Shown: positions 1 through 14,900, numbered from the stretch's first letter. The stretch is 64,000 bases of DNA from Tubiluchus corallicola (GCA_030141605.1 JAQGDQ010000159.1:310001-374000); one strand, 5' to 3'. Notes: generated by a model not told the origin, from the letters alone. Program-made: numbers and translations.

Positions 1-2349
1 AAATATTTCAAAGAAAAATCATTTTCCGGAAACTGCTTATTCGCCACAGTAGCATTTCCGGTAGCTCAAAAGCACAAGCCGGGTTCTTTTGTATATTGAT
101 TAGGAAAATTTCAGCTCTTTGATGAAGCCACTTTGCGCCCAATTTTCATGTTCTTCCAATTTTACGTGTATTATTCATGTAGATTGTAACCGCAAAATCT
201 TCCTTTATTGACAAATGCTGGAATGTCTGATAAACAGATGTCACGCAATGATAAATAATTTCATTGACATTCACTGCTGCTTCGTAAACGCCCTCAAAAT
301 ACTATTACTACGCAAATAAACTACTGGTAATCTAAATTCAAAACGTTCATAAAGCAAAATTTTATTGCAAAATGAGGCAAAGTGTAACCTAACGTCTTGA
401 ACAATTACTATTCAAACGATCTTCTTGAATTTGTATGATTCTAGGAGAAGTGACGACCATGAATAGTCGAGGAATGTTCACATCATACTAAAGTTATCAG
501 GTCACCAAAACCACTTGAATTCTCCTTGCGGCAATTATAGAATTGTGTGTAGAATCGGTTTTCTCAGAACTGAGAATATTAAGTGTTTGTAAGGATTCAT
601 TTCACTGCGCTTTCAAAGGACAGGCGACTACGGAGTTGCATTGGAGCGCATCGAAAATACAAAAGAATAGCGTGTTATTCGGTCTGCTTACTCTGCCTAG
701 CACTGGGAAGCCAAAGCTAATATGCAGAACAGCTCACTGCTACTGCTAGCAAGTGAGCCTATATACTGGCCAGAATTGCTCATGTAGTACAACGCATTAG
801 TATAGAATACATCTTGAGCTATCCATATACAGTCTTAACTGCACACCAATGTCCCGACTTATAATAACTGCAGTGAAGGGTGATGTATTTTCCAATGATT
901 TATGCTGATTACTACATTGTAGCTTAGTACGTAATCAGGCTTAGTATGCGCTCAAGCAAGAAATACATATCGTAATTGAATTGTGAGATTGATTGGTAAG
1001 TAAAGCCAGGAAATAATGACTAGAGATTAATCAGTTAACGAACAAACAATGGCATTAATCAGCTTTAATCGGGTATAAGCTTTGTTAGATTTAGCAAACA
1101 ACAAAATTAGTAAATAATTATTAAAAGTTATATTAGTGTTATATAATATATAAAGATGGTTTTATAAACACGCTTTAACGCTTTAATACAATTTACTTGC
1201 CAACTTGGTAAAATTGCAGAAAGAGAACTATCCGCAGTTTATTTAGCTTGAGAATTTGTCCTTAGCGCGTAAACAGTCGAGACTCAAGACCGCACAGAAA
1301 TGGTTTTTTAAAAGTGAGAAAACAAGGCCACGCAAGACAATTATTGATAGCACTTAGTTTCCTCAAGTCTGGTTTATTGTACGCAGATTTTACCATTGCA
1401 ATTTTACCAGAATTCTACAACCAGTCAGCTTCCAGTTAACGCAAGGAATTAAGTTAATACTCTTGATTGCGATTCTTTTTTCTTCCTGCAGTCAATTAGA
1501 CAATTCAAAAACTAGTTAGTCGTTAATCAATGGTCATTCAGCCAAATAAAATCCAACTCTTTGAAATTTTAGTTAAGATAAACTGGTATTTAATTTACTG
1601 AATGTTGGAAGCAGGTGATAGGATCTAATAGGATTTATACAAGTCTCAATGCTGCTGCTATCTAGCGATAACCTTGCGAATTAATTTTTACTTTAAACTA
1701 ATTGAAAATTCACCGATAAAGGCAAGGCGCGGTGAGTTGATTCATATATCGCGCTTTTAGCGTAGTTGAGCAGTGTGGCGGAGGTTGACAACCGTTTCTC
1801 AGCTTTACTCGTCACTAACACGCTGGCTTATCATCATTACATTCTCTCGCTCGTCTTATTACAGTCATTACAAGTTATTTAGTGAGTGTTGACTCAGTTG
1901 ACATAACATTAACAACCTGAAAATCCTTGTTGAGTTCACAAGCAATTTCTATGTTGCTAAACACAATCTAAACTGACAATACGATTTTCTGAGCATCAAG
2001 ATACCCGAGTTTTCTTGAGGGCATAAAACTAACATTAATGTTGCGTTGTCGTGTTTTCGGTTTTACTGTTGTTAGTTTTTAATTACTGTTGTCGAACAGA
2101 GTAGATAATTAATCAGTTATAACTTAGACTAATGAGATGAAATTAAGCTCAAAATGTTTTATCTTTTCGCAGTTCAAATTTGCAGTAACGCTCAGAATCA
2201 GCCACATTTTCTTGGCCATAACGTGTCTCGTATTGTTGTCATCGTCATTCTAATCGCTATCATCGTCATTATAAGCATCAGAATCATTATTGTTACGACC
2301 AGTATCATTTTATCTTCCACTTGAGTATAATTCTTTGTCATAATCGTCA

Positions 2350-2410
2350 ACATCATGCATCATCAACATCATCGTCATCATCATCATCATCATCATCGTC
2401 ACGTCGTCAC
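2350..2410. repeat. (CAT)n microsatellite, degenerate
   Basis: catcatcatcat run visible directly. Confidence 0.85.
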
Positions 2411-3599
2411 CGTCTTTACTATCATCAGTGTTATCTCCTCACCAGATTTCTTCTTAAACCCTACAAAAAAAAACGTTACAGTGATTTCGTCAACCATTAG
2501 CGTGTGTATTTTTTGCTTTTGACCCAGAATAGACTCACCATATCAGTTTGAATTAGGGAAAATTATTCACTACATAACCCATTTCTATAGCTCTAAGCAA
2601 TATGTGAAGTGTAAGTCCAAGACCTTAGCTCTGGAGCTAAAAGTCATGGAAGGAAGCATTGAAATAAATACCTCGTATTTATATCCTCGCATTACTGGGA
2701 TTAAGAGCTGTTTTATGATTTAGAGGCGGCATTCATCAACTTGAGAATTGAATCTTTAATCCAATATTTCAAGTTTTACTGCTCGACTGTCAACTCTTGC
2801 TACAAGACTTAATCGGCTCGCAATGCCTCGTAGGAAATCAGCAGGTGCTAAGCAAGAATGAACTCGAATAAATGCATTTAATGATCTATCAACTGAAATT
2901 TCTCTGAGTCTTGTAAAAGGTTTAAAATTAGTTTTAGAGTACATTAATTATATCACTTAGCTTGTGTTTTGCTTCAGTAAGCTTGTTGTTGAGACAAAGA
3001 TATGTTTGGATAAAAAAATGATTTTGTCTTTTGTAAAGTCTTGTGTCTTGTGCATTGTAAAATCCACTCGCTGCAATCGCATACACCTCATCGCACCATG
3101 CCACAAAGTATCACGAAGTTGCATCACAATGCCACGACTTTGCGAAGCATGTGCTAGACTGCATTGCAGTGTACCGTGAAATATAGTTTTTGATACATTC
3201 CTCTTTACTTCACTGCTCTGCACTCATTGAACTGTGCTATATGGTAGGTCACCACACCACATTTCACACATTCTGTATACATTACACATTACACTACTAC
3301 AACTATGCCCGTCACATTATATAGCACTGAAAAACGCTGTGCTAATCTTTGCTTTGCACAATACCACTGCAGTTCACTACGCCACCCTACTTTGTGCTAC
3401 CTCTGCTCTGCTGTATATTAAGCTATATTACACCTCGCCAAACTACATCAATCTATACACACATCACGGTGAACCACAGAATACCATGCTACGTTAAACT
3501 GCACTGTCGGGCAGGGTACTGCAAATTACGGTGCACTGTATTGCACTCCACCATTCTACAGCTCTGTGCACTGTTAAACACAACCACACCACATCAAAC

Positions 3600-3775
3600 T
3601 TCATTATACTACACTGCACTACACGATACTACACTACGCTGTGCTACACTAGATTACACTGCACTACACTACACTACACTACACTACACTACACTACACT
3701 ACACTACACTACACTACACTACACTACACTACACTACACTACACTACACTACACTACACTACACTACACTATACT
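3600..3775. repeat. (ACACT)n pentanucleotide microsatellite with degenerate flanks (about 3230-3860)
   Basis: Perfect actac/acact units at about 3662-3770. These explain the LHYTT ORFs. Confidence 0.95.
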
Positions 3776-6700
3776 GTGCCATGCCTGTGCCACACCGCAT
3801 ACCTCACACCTCAACATTGCAAAAGGCTGCTCAGCGCCGCACCGCATTGAATTGTGCTTATTTTGCACTGTGTGTAATACTTTCAGTATAACTGTGCCTC
3901 ACCAATACAAAGACCAACACACGCTACTAATTTTGGTACTAAAACATTTTTCTGCTGATTAGTACAACTAAAAAGAGGCGGTCTTGCCGCAAATTAAGAC
4001 ATACTTGAACGAGCAAAATGACTTGTTCGTAGTGACAGCAGCAGATGAAATTTAGATCTGCGGATTTTCACACTCTTGTTTCAGGAGGTACTTCATCCAA
4101 GTGGAACGCAGCTGAGAAACTGAGGATTAGGAAGCAACAAATCCAATACTGGCAAATGTCAGATGCATGCGGTTTCGTATTATTCAGTGTGGCATAACGC
4201 GAGTGGTACTTAATATGTTATCGTACTTGTGATGAAAAAAAAACTTATCAGAAAAGTGTACAAGTACATGTACGCATATGGTTTTATGTACTAATATATG
4301 TACTGGTTATGAAGTACATTAGTGTTCCGCTGGCATGATCTCAATAGACCGAATTTTATACGATTACGCTTGCTATTTGTTTATTTCAGACGATTTTTAT
4401 TGGCATCGCCATTGTTATTGTCGTCTCTGTTGGATATAATTTAGTTTTCTAAGTCATAAAAAACAAACATTTCACATTTACAGCTACTCCTTAAAATAAA
4501 CGAAGGAAGCCGATTGACTATCCTACCGAATAACCGACCGACCGACTTATCGATTCATTCTTTAATTTGTTCGATTTTTCCCAATCGCTTCTAATTTTAA
4601 CAATATTTGACAAAGACAGCATCATGATGGCATGTGGCGTAAAATTAATTATTATAAACTTTGACACTATAATTTTTGCACTGTTGTTGAATTTAAAACG
4701 AAATTACATAAATTTCTACCAGTGATTGTAGTAAAGTCGGTAAAGTGCATCAGACACCAAGTCTATGTAGGCTGTCAGAGATTTTTGTATTTTCGCTAAC
4801 GCTTAACCTATGATACTGTCCATTTGTAAACCTTTCTAGCTAATATTCACCCACGTTTATTTGTTCATTCATTTCTTGGATAGTCAAACGCTAATATCCT
4901 CCTTAGCACATTAACAAAAGACAAAAGAGAATTGTAATTATAATAGCCTTACCTTGGCACACTCCAACTTGCTTAAAAACCATAGTTGAACCGAGGCAGC
5001 AATGTCGACGCACGTTAGAAGGGAAACTATTTGTTTATTTTTTCATAGCCTATATGGAAAATTTTCTTTACTAACCTTGGAGTGTTCAGATTCTTTATTA
5101 TTAGTTACCCGGTTTTCCTTAATTTTTGGAGCCTGGGAGTAAAGTGTTAGAATAAATTTTGAGTTTACAAAAAATACTTAATATGCCTTCTCGTGTGGTT
5201 TTTGAAAAATGACAAGGGAAACACGTGGAATAAGTATAAAATATAAATCTTTCAGTTCAAAAACGATTCGGAATGAACTAAATGATGAAAACGCTCACGT
5301 GTTTGACGTGGTATAATCATCGTAGAGTGCATGGAGTAACATAATATCACATTTTTAGAAATATTCCACAAGAATGTTGGGAATACCGATGCATCAATGC
5401 AAAACAGAAATTAATTTTTGGATTTTACTAGGTTCTTAAACAAAGTTCTTGAAATCTATGCTTGTTTTTGCTGATAATGGAGTTACTTATTGTATTTAGT
5501 TATTTATGTCATTCTTCACAATGTAAGCCATCAATCAGCCATATGATCTTTTTTATATGAATAGCTGTGGCGGTACCAAAATCTTGCACATTATCACGGA
5601 TAAACCTCAGAGGTGAGACACTGAATCGGCAAAGGTGCGTGTCCATATTCGCATGTGTAAAAATCTTTGTACCGTGTAGAATCTATAAAATCTACAACGT
5701 AGCAAACGACGGGTAGTTATACGGAAAAAGAAACCGCACAGAAATAGTTTTTCGTGTGCTCACCCGTCCATTTTAGCAATAAGGCTTAGCGTTGCTTAAC
5801 TTTGTTGTTGCGCACAGTTGCACACATTGTGACCACTTGGATTGAATTTGTAACCTAGGCTCAGCCACAAAAGTGAAATGTTACTAAATTAACATTATTC
5901 AGCACGTTTCAGTTAGAGAAATGGGATTATTTAGTCACTATATAAAGGAGACTTAGTAAAAGCCAGCCACTCTTAAATTATTCTTAATTAGATTTCCTGT
6001 CATTCAAGGCTACAGGTGTTTTACCTGTCTAATGAGTTTACACTGTCATTATATGAGTTTTGCGTAAAATATTGACCAAACGTGCCTGATTTATTAAACG
6101 TTTAGACTCATTTAGCTAGAAAATTAATAGCTACAACAGTGCTATCCAGCGGTTTTAGTTTTTATCAAAGAGAAAAATCTACCCAAACAGTTAATATTGT
6201 AAAGTTCTATAGTTATAGAAGATGAAAAAAAGGTAAAGCATCCAAACTGGTTTCGAAAACGTCTTTATGAAAAATCACGGTTTCGGTAATATTGCTTTAG
6301 GTATCCTCAATCCATCATAAAATTATGTGCATTAAGTAATCAACCAACAACAGTTACAACTAACAAACCAGGTAGTAGCAACAAATACACGTGAACACAA
6401 AGGACAAAAAATCTGGGTGAGTCAGTCAAGTTAAATTTTTAGGTGCGGGTGAATAATTTAAATAGTTTAAAGATGGCTAAAGCTAGCTAAAACGTTACGG
6501 TTTTTAATAAAGATATTTTCGAAACTAGCTTGGGCGCTTGTCTTTTCGCTCATTATCAAACTAAAATTTCTAGAAAGACATTCCATTGCTACAGAAATTG
6601 TTTAAAAGACTATAGAAGCTCGACTTTTTGAGCAGTCTGTGACTACGTTTTGATCCGCCAAGATAAATTAGATTGATTTACAATACTGAATAATTTTACA

Positions 6701-7432
6701 GCCTGCGTTGTTGCTTTGGAAGTTTCTGATAGACTTGTTTGTTGATGCAGGCTGACATTTAAAATGATATTGTTCTTTTGTGGTACGAGGAACATTAAAC
6801 AACACGAAATTATTGTTGTTTCTGCACGCTTTGACAGGCAGGAAATGAGCTTGTAATACAACTGAATAAACTTTAGCCTGATGGAGTCCCTTGCGGACCT
6901 AACCACTCCAGCAGGTGGGTGCCTGATATGACAGATACAGCACAGTACAGTGTACCTACTGATACATATAATATATCAGCTGAGGTAATTCACTCTTAAG
7001 TTTTTAGGTGTAGTTGAAATACAACCCGAGTAGAACACCATTTTTTGAAAACGGAATCACTTGGTTCACCGTCGTTGATTTCATCTAATTTGCTTCTTAC
7101 TGATTCTAATAATTATTTCTTGCTGCAGTTAATTTTTCAGTTAATCGGGGGTTTACACAGGACTTCACTGTAATCACGCTTTTCATTTTCTGGTACCTAT
7201 AAAGCCCAGTCATGGAACCTATATATAACATAGAATAAATTATGAATGATCATTATCTGCTATATTTCTTGCATTGGTTGATATACAATGACTGTGTCTA
7301 TTTACAGTAGGCTAAAAAAGGGAAAGACCACTTCCTTGAAAAACGGAGGCAGCAAACATAGTTTCAGAGAGCAGGTCAACAGGTGTTTGGGAATTTATTG
7401 AAACTAAGTTACTTTTATATTTTTGTTCACAG

Positions 7433-7867
7433 GTTATGGTAATATAGCGCCTAAAACTTCTGAAGGAAGGATTGTTACGATCTTTTACGCAGCGTTGGGA
7501 ATCCCTCTTACTCTCCTCTGCCTAGCTAATCTTGGTGACTACATGGCCGTCGCGTTTAAACTATTTTATAATAGAGTGGTGTGCTACACATGCAGAGAGA
7601 AACCAGAAAAGGTTAAAAAGAGAGTGAAGAACAAAAGGACTAGATCGCCAGTGAAGCCCCTAACGAAATCTATGTCATTAGGAATCGATCCAGGTTGGTA
7701 TTAAATCGCATTTTTACTACTGTAGCAGTTATTGGAAATTACTCATTTCGAAAATCGGTCATCGCTTATCTGCCACTGCATACTTATGAGAAGTGTTTTT
7801 GATACTTTTGGCGCTGCTCTAACAGCTATATAAATTACAATATATATATATTGTATATTGTATATAT

Positions 7868-7898
<31 letters not shown>

Positions 7899-10204
7899 TT
7901 TTGTGGGACTAAACACATTTTCGGAAAATGTATGCTTGGTAATTATTTTCAAAATTCAAAATTTTGAAAATAAGGTGTTATGTAGTTCTTGTACATTGCT
8001 TTTAGTTGCCGGAATGTTATATAAACTTATACATTGTATATTCGCCCTGTTATACATTGTACTATACATTGTACTATTATTATAAACGTTATACAGAATG
8101 CTTTTTGTATGATCGTTTACGACAATAGAATTTTCTTCATGCATTTCAATTTAACGTGAAACGACAACAGTGTGTCTTTTGGAAAAAATATTTAGCAGAT
8201 GATGAAAGAGAAAGTTGTGCACGTGACTGTCTTATTACAAATACAAGGTAGGGTAACAATTTAAATATTTGACCATGTCTTGGAATGGTCATTGCCACTA
8301 CTGACGCCTCCGTAGGTGTTAACTTTAATGTACTTTCATGTTAGACCATCTTCACTTATGCGCTTTTCACCTGTAGGGTAACAATCTCAGTAGATTTTAG
8401 GAATATAAAAGCTAATTTCCTAACTTTATGGACAAATCGACTTCTATTTTTGATTTTTCACTCTCAAATCGACATGTGATGATAGCCGAATCAAATTTTT
8501 AGTGGGTACTAACTCTATCTTGGCACGACTTTTACCCTCACTTCTAACTTTTCTGTTCCGTTTTTATGATATCTTAGTTTTACTTTGGTCTTTTTCTCTG
8601 ACCATTGGCTTTTCTTTTTACGTTAATGACAGGATGCCAACCTGAATAATTTCATCCGGTACTGTAACAGTTGGTGACATGAGCATCAGCTGTTTCACGC
8701 AGATATCTTGAATGTTTCACTAAAACGCGAGCGTACATTTTTGTATTCAACAACATATGAGAATTGACATCCCATCCCATCAAATATTTTCTGGAAGAAA
8801 TTTGTCATAAATCAAACATAGATGCCAATTTTTTTTAAAAAAATGGATTTTTTTATTATAGAACCAATGTATCCTCCAGATGATCTAAGTATACCTAGTT
8901 TGGAAGATGCACGTCCACCTGACTATGAAGAACACTTGCCACAAACTGCATCAGATCCATCATTCCTTAGAGGAGAAACTCCTGAGCAACTGAAGATCAA
9001 AATGGAGAAAGAATCCAATAAGAAAAAGAAAAGTAAGCGGCATACAGTGATTGAACAGAAGGAAACTGTCACTGGCAAGTATAAACGCAGGACTAAGCTG
9101 GTTGATGACAAACCAAAGAAAATAAAGCGCTGGTGGTATAGAGCTCGCGGAAGGCAAGACCGCGATACAGGCAGTTGCAAAACAGTGGATGGTGTTGAAA
9201 ATGGTGCCAGTGGTGCTGAAGATGATAGCGAAATTGCCTCTGTGTTTAAGAACATTCAGTTTGCTGATGAAACAGATGAGGATGAAGACCTCATTGCTGC
9301 CCAACCAACTGATGCTGCAAAAAACGATCCTGCTTCACAAGCAGTGGAGACTGGCAGCACGTCAGTGCTAAAACGTGATGATAGTATTGAAGAGCGTAAG
9401 GAAGTATCTAAAAATATTAAAAGCGCGAAATGTGATGATGATATTGACTGCGGCCAGGCAAGTAAACCACTTAATGCTCAAGTTAATAAAGTTGTGCTTT
9501 CAAGTAACACGTCAGACAGTGCGTCTAAACGCGAAACGGTTTCGCTTAAAAGCGCTGTTTCTTTTAAAAAAGATGCAAGTGTGCAATCAGGTGCTTCGTC
9601 AAACGGCAGGCGCCAGTTGTGCAATAGAGCAGGAGTTGACTACAGTAGTGCTAGGAACAATGCTGAACTGCTGAACGAAAGATATCTGCAATACCTTTAT
9701 GCCACTGGCGATCCTCTGAGATCAGAGAGGCCTAAGCTCAGGCGACAAATGACCCTTCCTAGCCAATCTTCAAAGATGAGTAAGCTTCAAGAGTCGTCTA
9801 AATCGTTAGAGGATGTTACGTCGTACGTAGGAGTGCAAAAGCGGCCCTATTCATCACAGGAGAAAGAAGCTGACGTACCGATTTTTGTTTCCTTGTTGTT
9901 ACTTTCGACGTACATTGGTGGAGGTGCGTGGCTGTTTTCGTATTTAGAGAATTGGCCTCTTACTTTGGGCGCTTATTTCACGTTTATAACACTAAGTACG
10001 ATTGGTTTTGGGGACATTGTGCCTGGTTCTGCTTTCTTTAGTGGAGATGGAGAGCAGTATGACAACACTAAGTACATTTATATTACACTGTATGTGGTTT
10101 GTGGACTTGCACTGATATCAATGTGCTTTAATTTAATGCAAGCAAAAGTAGTGAAAGGAGCCAGAGAGCTTGCACGAAAAATAGGAATAATAGAAGAAAG
10201 CTAG
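7433..10204 (+). CDS. Two-pore-domain K+ channel (K2P, TWiK/KCNK18-like), 3' part: exons 7433-7693 and 8862-10204; earlier exons not found in the window
   Basis: Exon 7433 follows cacag and reads (G)YGNIAPKTSEGRIVTIFYAALGIPLTLLCLANLG, the end of pore P1 plus M2. The donor cag|gttggt at 7693 is phase 1 and matches the acceptor tatag|aa at 8862. The last exon has M3 (VPIFVSLLLLSTYIGGGAWLFSYLENW), pore P2 (YFTFITLSTIGFGDIVPG) and M4 (YVVCGLALISMCFNLMQ), with stop TAG at 10204. Confidence 0.93.
7840..7897. repeat. (TA)n microsatellite, interrupted
   Basis: Visible directly in the K2P intron. Confidence 0.9.
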
Positions 10205-11908
10205 GGCAGCATTAATCAATTCTACTTAGACACAGTATTGCACAGGCTTCTGCAATTAGTTGAGGTATCAGAATTAAGCATTTAATTAATTCTGGTGTTT
10301 ATGATCAGATTCATTTTTTTAAAATCTTGCAATTGACGTTTTGGCATCATCAGAAATAATAAGGTGAAATGTTATAATCTGATAGTTTAGGATATTGGAA
10401 ACACCTGATGCCTATCTAACTTAAAAACCTTTTTGTCTTGCACTTTCTGATCATGTCATACGCGTGGCGAAATGTTGCCAGATTATAAAAGAATTAAGCC
10501 TGTAAGTACAAAACATTTTGTCGACAGTTTGTTCACTACTGAAACTTAATAGCACTATTCATATTGTTGTAGTTGCCAGTTTAACAATCAACTGTCAAAA
10601 CTTTTGTGTCAGGAAATCAACGTACACGTAAGTAGAAAGTTAATAAAATTTACACTGGTATAACGTAATGAAGTTTGCAAAACGAACAGTACAATTAACG
10701 AGCTTTTTGCGAGTTGTGACATAACATGCATATCTTGTGCTTTTAGCGGATTTGCGCTGGCACGACCTTACTAATCCAAGTTTTAATATATCGTACTTGT
10801 GTCAATATCAGACATCCATTCATTGATTTTTGAAGGACTGTTAACAGAAATTATTGTTTTTTTATCAATATCATAAAGTCTTCATTGACTAAAGACACAA
10901 AGGCTTTAACTCATTCAAGTGCAATTGCAACTGTGTCGCCTTACTCGGTTCAAATTGCGGCAAACTAAAATTTTCATCTGTTTACCATTGATTTAAGACG
11001 TGAGTCAATTCAGCTTGAATTTAACGTGTGTCATTAATTATATAGTACTACAAACACATATTACTGCAGCTATTCTTTTTATAATAGCAAAGCACTAGAA
11101 GGTACACATTTATAATTATTTAGGAAGGTCGTTAATCTGTTGAACTTATGAAACTTATAAAAGAGAAGTGTTAAAACCAAGTAGTATTATAATAATTAGT
11201 TTATTCCAAACAATTTACGTAACAAAGCTATTATAATATTATTAACAACTTTTATCACCAAGGCACTTACAGTATAGGTCTAAGCTATTTTGGAACTTAA
11301 ATCGCGTTCAATAACATTGTATGAAGTCAAGTGTAAAAATTTCGTTGACAGTTTTTTGTGTACATAATGTCTGGAAGCTCTGTGTATGCACGTACAAGGA
11401 ATGCTTGTAATAAAGTGAAAACGTTTCAGAATTTTGTTTTCTTTCTATACATTGTAAATTGCCCGATTCACGACACGCGCACGTGTCAAAATACGCTACT
11501 ACAGTACACTTGCGTATTTTGGACTTTGCAAGATGATAGCTGCATGTTTGGACAGTATAGGTATTTGATATTTCGAGCAAATTTATATTTTTAATTATAG
11601 ACAATGTAGCTTGTCAACTTTTACACTGCACAATTAAAAACCATCCTGCTATTCTGTGAAACTGGAGATAGATGCTGCAAAGTGGCGCCATCTTGAAGAC
11701 TTGAACAGAAAACGAGAACACCAACAACCTAGCTTCAATGTATTAAATAATTTATTTTAAGGCGATTACGTAGCAATAGAATTACAACTATAAATTTATT
11801 ATAACAAAAGTATCACAGATTTTATAACATAAAAAATATTTTTACTCTTCTCATAAAGAACTAATTATGTCCGTATTAACAGTAGCATCGAATCATTTCA
11901 TTACAAGT

Positions 11909-14900
11909 CTACTCAGAATTGGCACCCAGAGTCAGTCTCGGTTGTGGTGTGTAGCAGTCATTTTTCCCATGTTTTTTCATGCACAAGTCTAGCGCTTGTT
12001 TAGCTTTTTTATTCAAGCCAACATTAGTGTAAGCTGTGTATAAAAGTTGCCATGGCCTGACTCTGTCTGTACCTAGATCTATCAGCTGATTTAGTCTCAT
12101 AATTGCTTTGTCAAAAACGCCTAAAGTTATTAACCAGCTCGATTCATATTCTAAAATTGTAGTGTTTGTCCCCATATCGAGCTTTTGGCATATGCGTCTC
12201 AACATTGCACTCTTCTCTTCATTTTTTCTCACTACTTTGAAGTCAATCGTATTAAAAACAGTTTTATAAGCTACATCAAACATCTCGTTTTCCTTCTTCA
12301 CAATTAAGTAATTGTAGGTTGGATTTTCCCCTATATATTTAAATAAGTATTGAAAGTTTTGCAGAGAAATGTACTCGGAAATTTTGTCGATGCTCGTCAC
12401 ATTGGCGGTATGTTGACCAAAGAAGTTATTAGTTTTGATCCTGGACTTTTTATCCCACACTCTGAAGTTTACATGCGTTCGTGCAATTATGTCCACATCT
12501 CGATGAAGTAGACTATACGCACCAGACATGTAGATGGTAGAATCAATAACAATGCCTGTAACATCAGTTTGAGTTCTTATATAATTCAGGCACATGTTCA
12601 CTTGATTTGAATGAATAAGAGATCCCCAAGTCCAGCTGCCATTGAACTTGCAATCCCATGTTGGCAGATTCGTCACACCGTGTATTGTATACCATAACAA
12701 AAGTGTGCATAATAAATAATGAGCAAGTTTTTTATGAAGTTTTGATATGGCGTTTGTTATAAATGCAATACTATTAGAAACTATAATAAGGTGGAACACG
12801 ATAACATTGTGGATGAATCTGTATTCTTTATGTGCATGGAGAGAATAGAAGCACACTTGCACTATGGTAATGACATAAAGTTTAGCATGATTAGAAAACG
12901 TTTCCGCCTTTATCGCTGAACGTAAGAAAAATGGAAAAGCGGTAAGAACACACAACAACACATGTAAGCCGTTGTCCATGAATATGTTACAAACGTATGC
13001 GGATAATTTGCGACTACCAAATATTGTAGCAGCAAGGTTGTCCTTCACATTGAATTTAAACCACTGAATCGGTGTAATAAACATGACGCCATAATGGAAC
13101 AAGTCGTCTAACCCACCTACCATCACTGCAGTCACCAGACCGACAGAAAAGAAGAATATTTTGGTAATTAATGATAAACAGTTGGGCAACCAGAAAAATA
13201 CTATTGTTAATGCAACGGGCAAATGCATGTCTATTCTTATGTAGCATAAAATTCCTAGTCCAAATCCACACAAGTAAACCAAGCAGTTATAAAGAGAAAG
13301 TGTGAAACAAATCTTAACGAAATTTGAGTCCCTGAATTGCTTGTATGTGGACAAGGACTTTAGAATTGGACTGTCATCTGAACTGCCATTATTGTGAAGA
13401 TAATTTCCGTTTTCAGTTTGATATGTGGTTGTGGTATAATTCTGGGTGGGTGTAGCTTTTCCTTTTTCAAATTCCCGAAAAACCAGTGCTAGAAAATAGA
13501 ATAAAAATGGCGACAGCAAACTGTTGGTAATCGTGTGCGTTCCAAAAACCATCAAATGTTCTGAGAAACCAACAATGATGGCTGACAACACGCTGACATC
13601 TTGACGTTTCATCATTTCTTTTGTAAACAGGTAAACGGAAAGCGGTAGGAAAGAAGTGATGACACTGTGGAAAAATTTGCACACCTAAACAAGAATAGCA
13701 AACGTACACGTTTAGATTTCTTTAATTAACATTTATATGCCATTTATGTAAAATCATTGCCACATAACTTCGCAAGTGAATTAACTAACCGACTAATTTG
13801 ATTGCTTCACAACTCTGCGCCCTAACGCCGGCATAGGTGTCTAACCTAGGTTTTATCCTAAATACGCTTATCCTCCCTTAACGGGAGAAACAGCCAGAGA
13901 CAGTTTAGTTATTGTCTACTGAAATCGCAAACGTGCGAGTTTAAACTACAAACTAGATATCTGAACTGAAGTTGTTAATAGTTCTAAAGCAGGCTTTCAG
14001 CTGTAGTTGTTGAACTTATTTTTTAATAATTATCGTCACCAATTTTATTAGCACAAGCACAGGTGAACTATTTAGTTTGTTCGTCTGATAGTTGCGTGTT
14101 TGTCATGACCTTATGAATAAGCTAATTAGTGAGTACAATGTTCCAATAATTAGCAATTCAACAATTTCTAAACAGATTGCTAAGACGTATGTATAGTTAA
14201 CTCTAACTGTTTAACTGAATCAACAGATACACTACTGCCTTTTTATTATAATAAGCACTTCAACCACTAAATGAACTATTTCGAAATGTGTAATGACATG
14301 AAATATATAATATACTCACAAGAAAGGGATTTGAATCGCATCCAATAATTTTAGCAACGTATAATACAATCAGGTATATATGCGGATGTAAGAAGGACCG
14401 CATGCTGTACATGCCCAGATCAAGCGTCTGGTGAACGTGTGAAATGTTAGAATTATTTTCTGGGGGTGGAAGAAATTCGTAAGCTCTGTATCCATATCCG
14501 TACAATTCAGAGTGTGCCACTGTGCAAAGAAAAGGTGAATCACATTGTACGACGTAATAGTTATTGAAAAAAGTTGAATAAGCATTTTTCTAATAGGTCT
14601 TCTAAAACACAGTAAACATCTTTATTTTACTTCAGAGAAAACAGGGTAAGGTCTTCTAAAAAGTGCCAAAGCTTTTTTCCAATCAAAATGTTTGTCAGTT
14701 AAATAATTAAAAAAGTTCCAAACGAGTGACGTCACGAAAAAAGAGTAAGAATAGAAATCTGAAAGAAAATAGGAACTTGGCTACTGCTTTAAAGAAACAG
14801 CTAGACTGCGACTTTAAGTCAACTAGCACTACTATTTGCAACGTCCAGCCAGTTGCTTAACCAGAATATCCATTGGTAATGGCTGTGGCCATGGAAGTAC

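Noticed and set aside
3234-3962. ORFs with LHYTT repeats
   Set aside because: They are translations of the (ACACT)n microsatellite and are open in several frames.
1-7432. Upstream exons (M1, cap, P1) of the K2P channel, including a candidate exon at about 4085
   Set aside because: No segment encoding a TM helix or a ...TTIG phase-1 donor was found. The region is probably one long intron.
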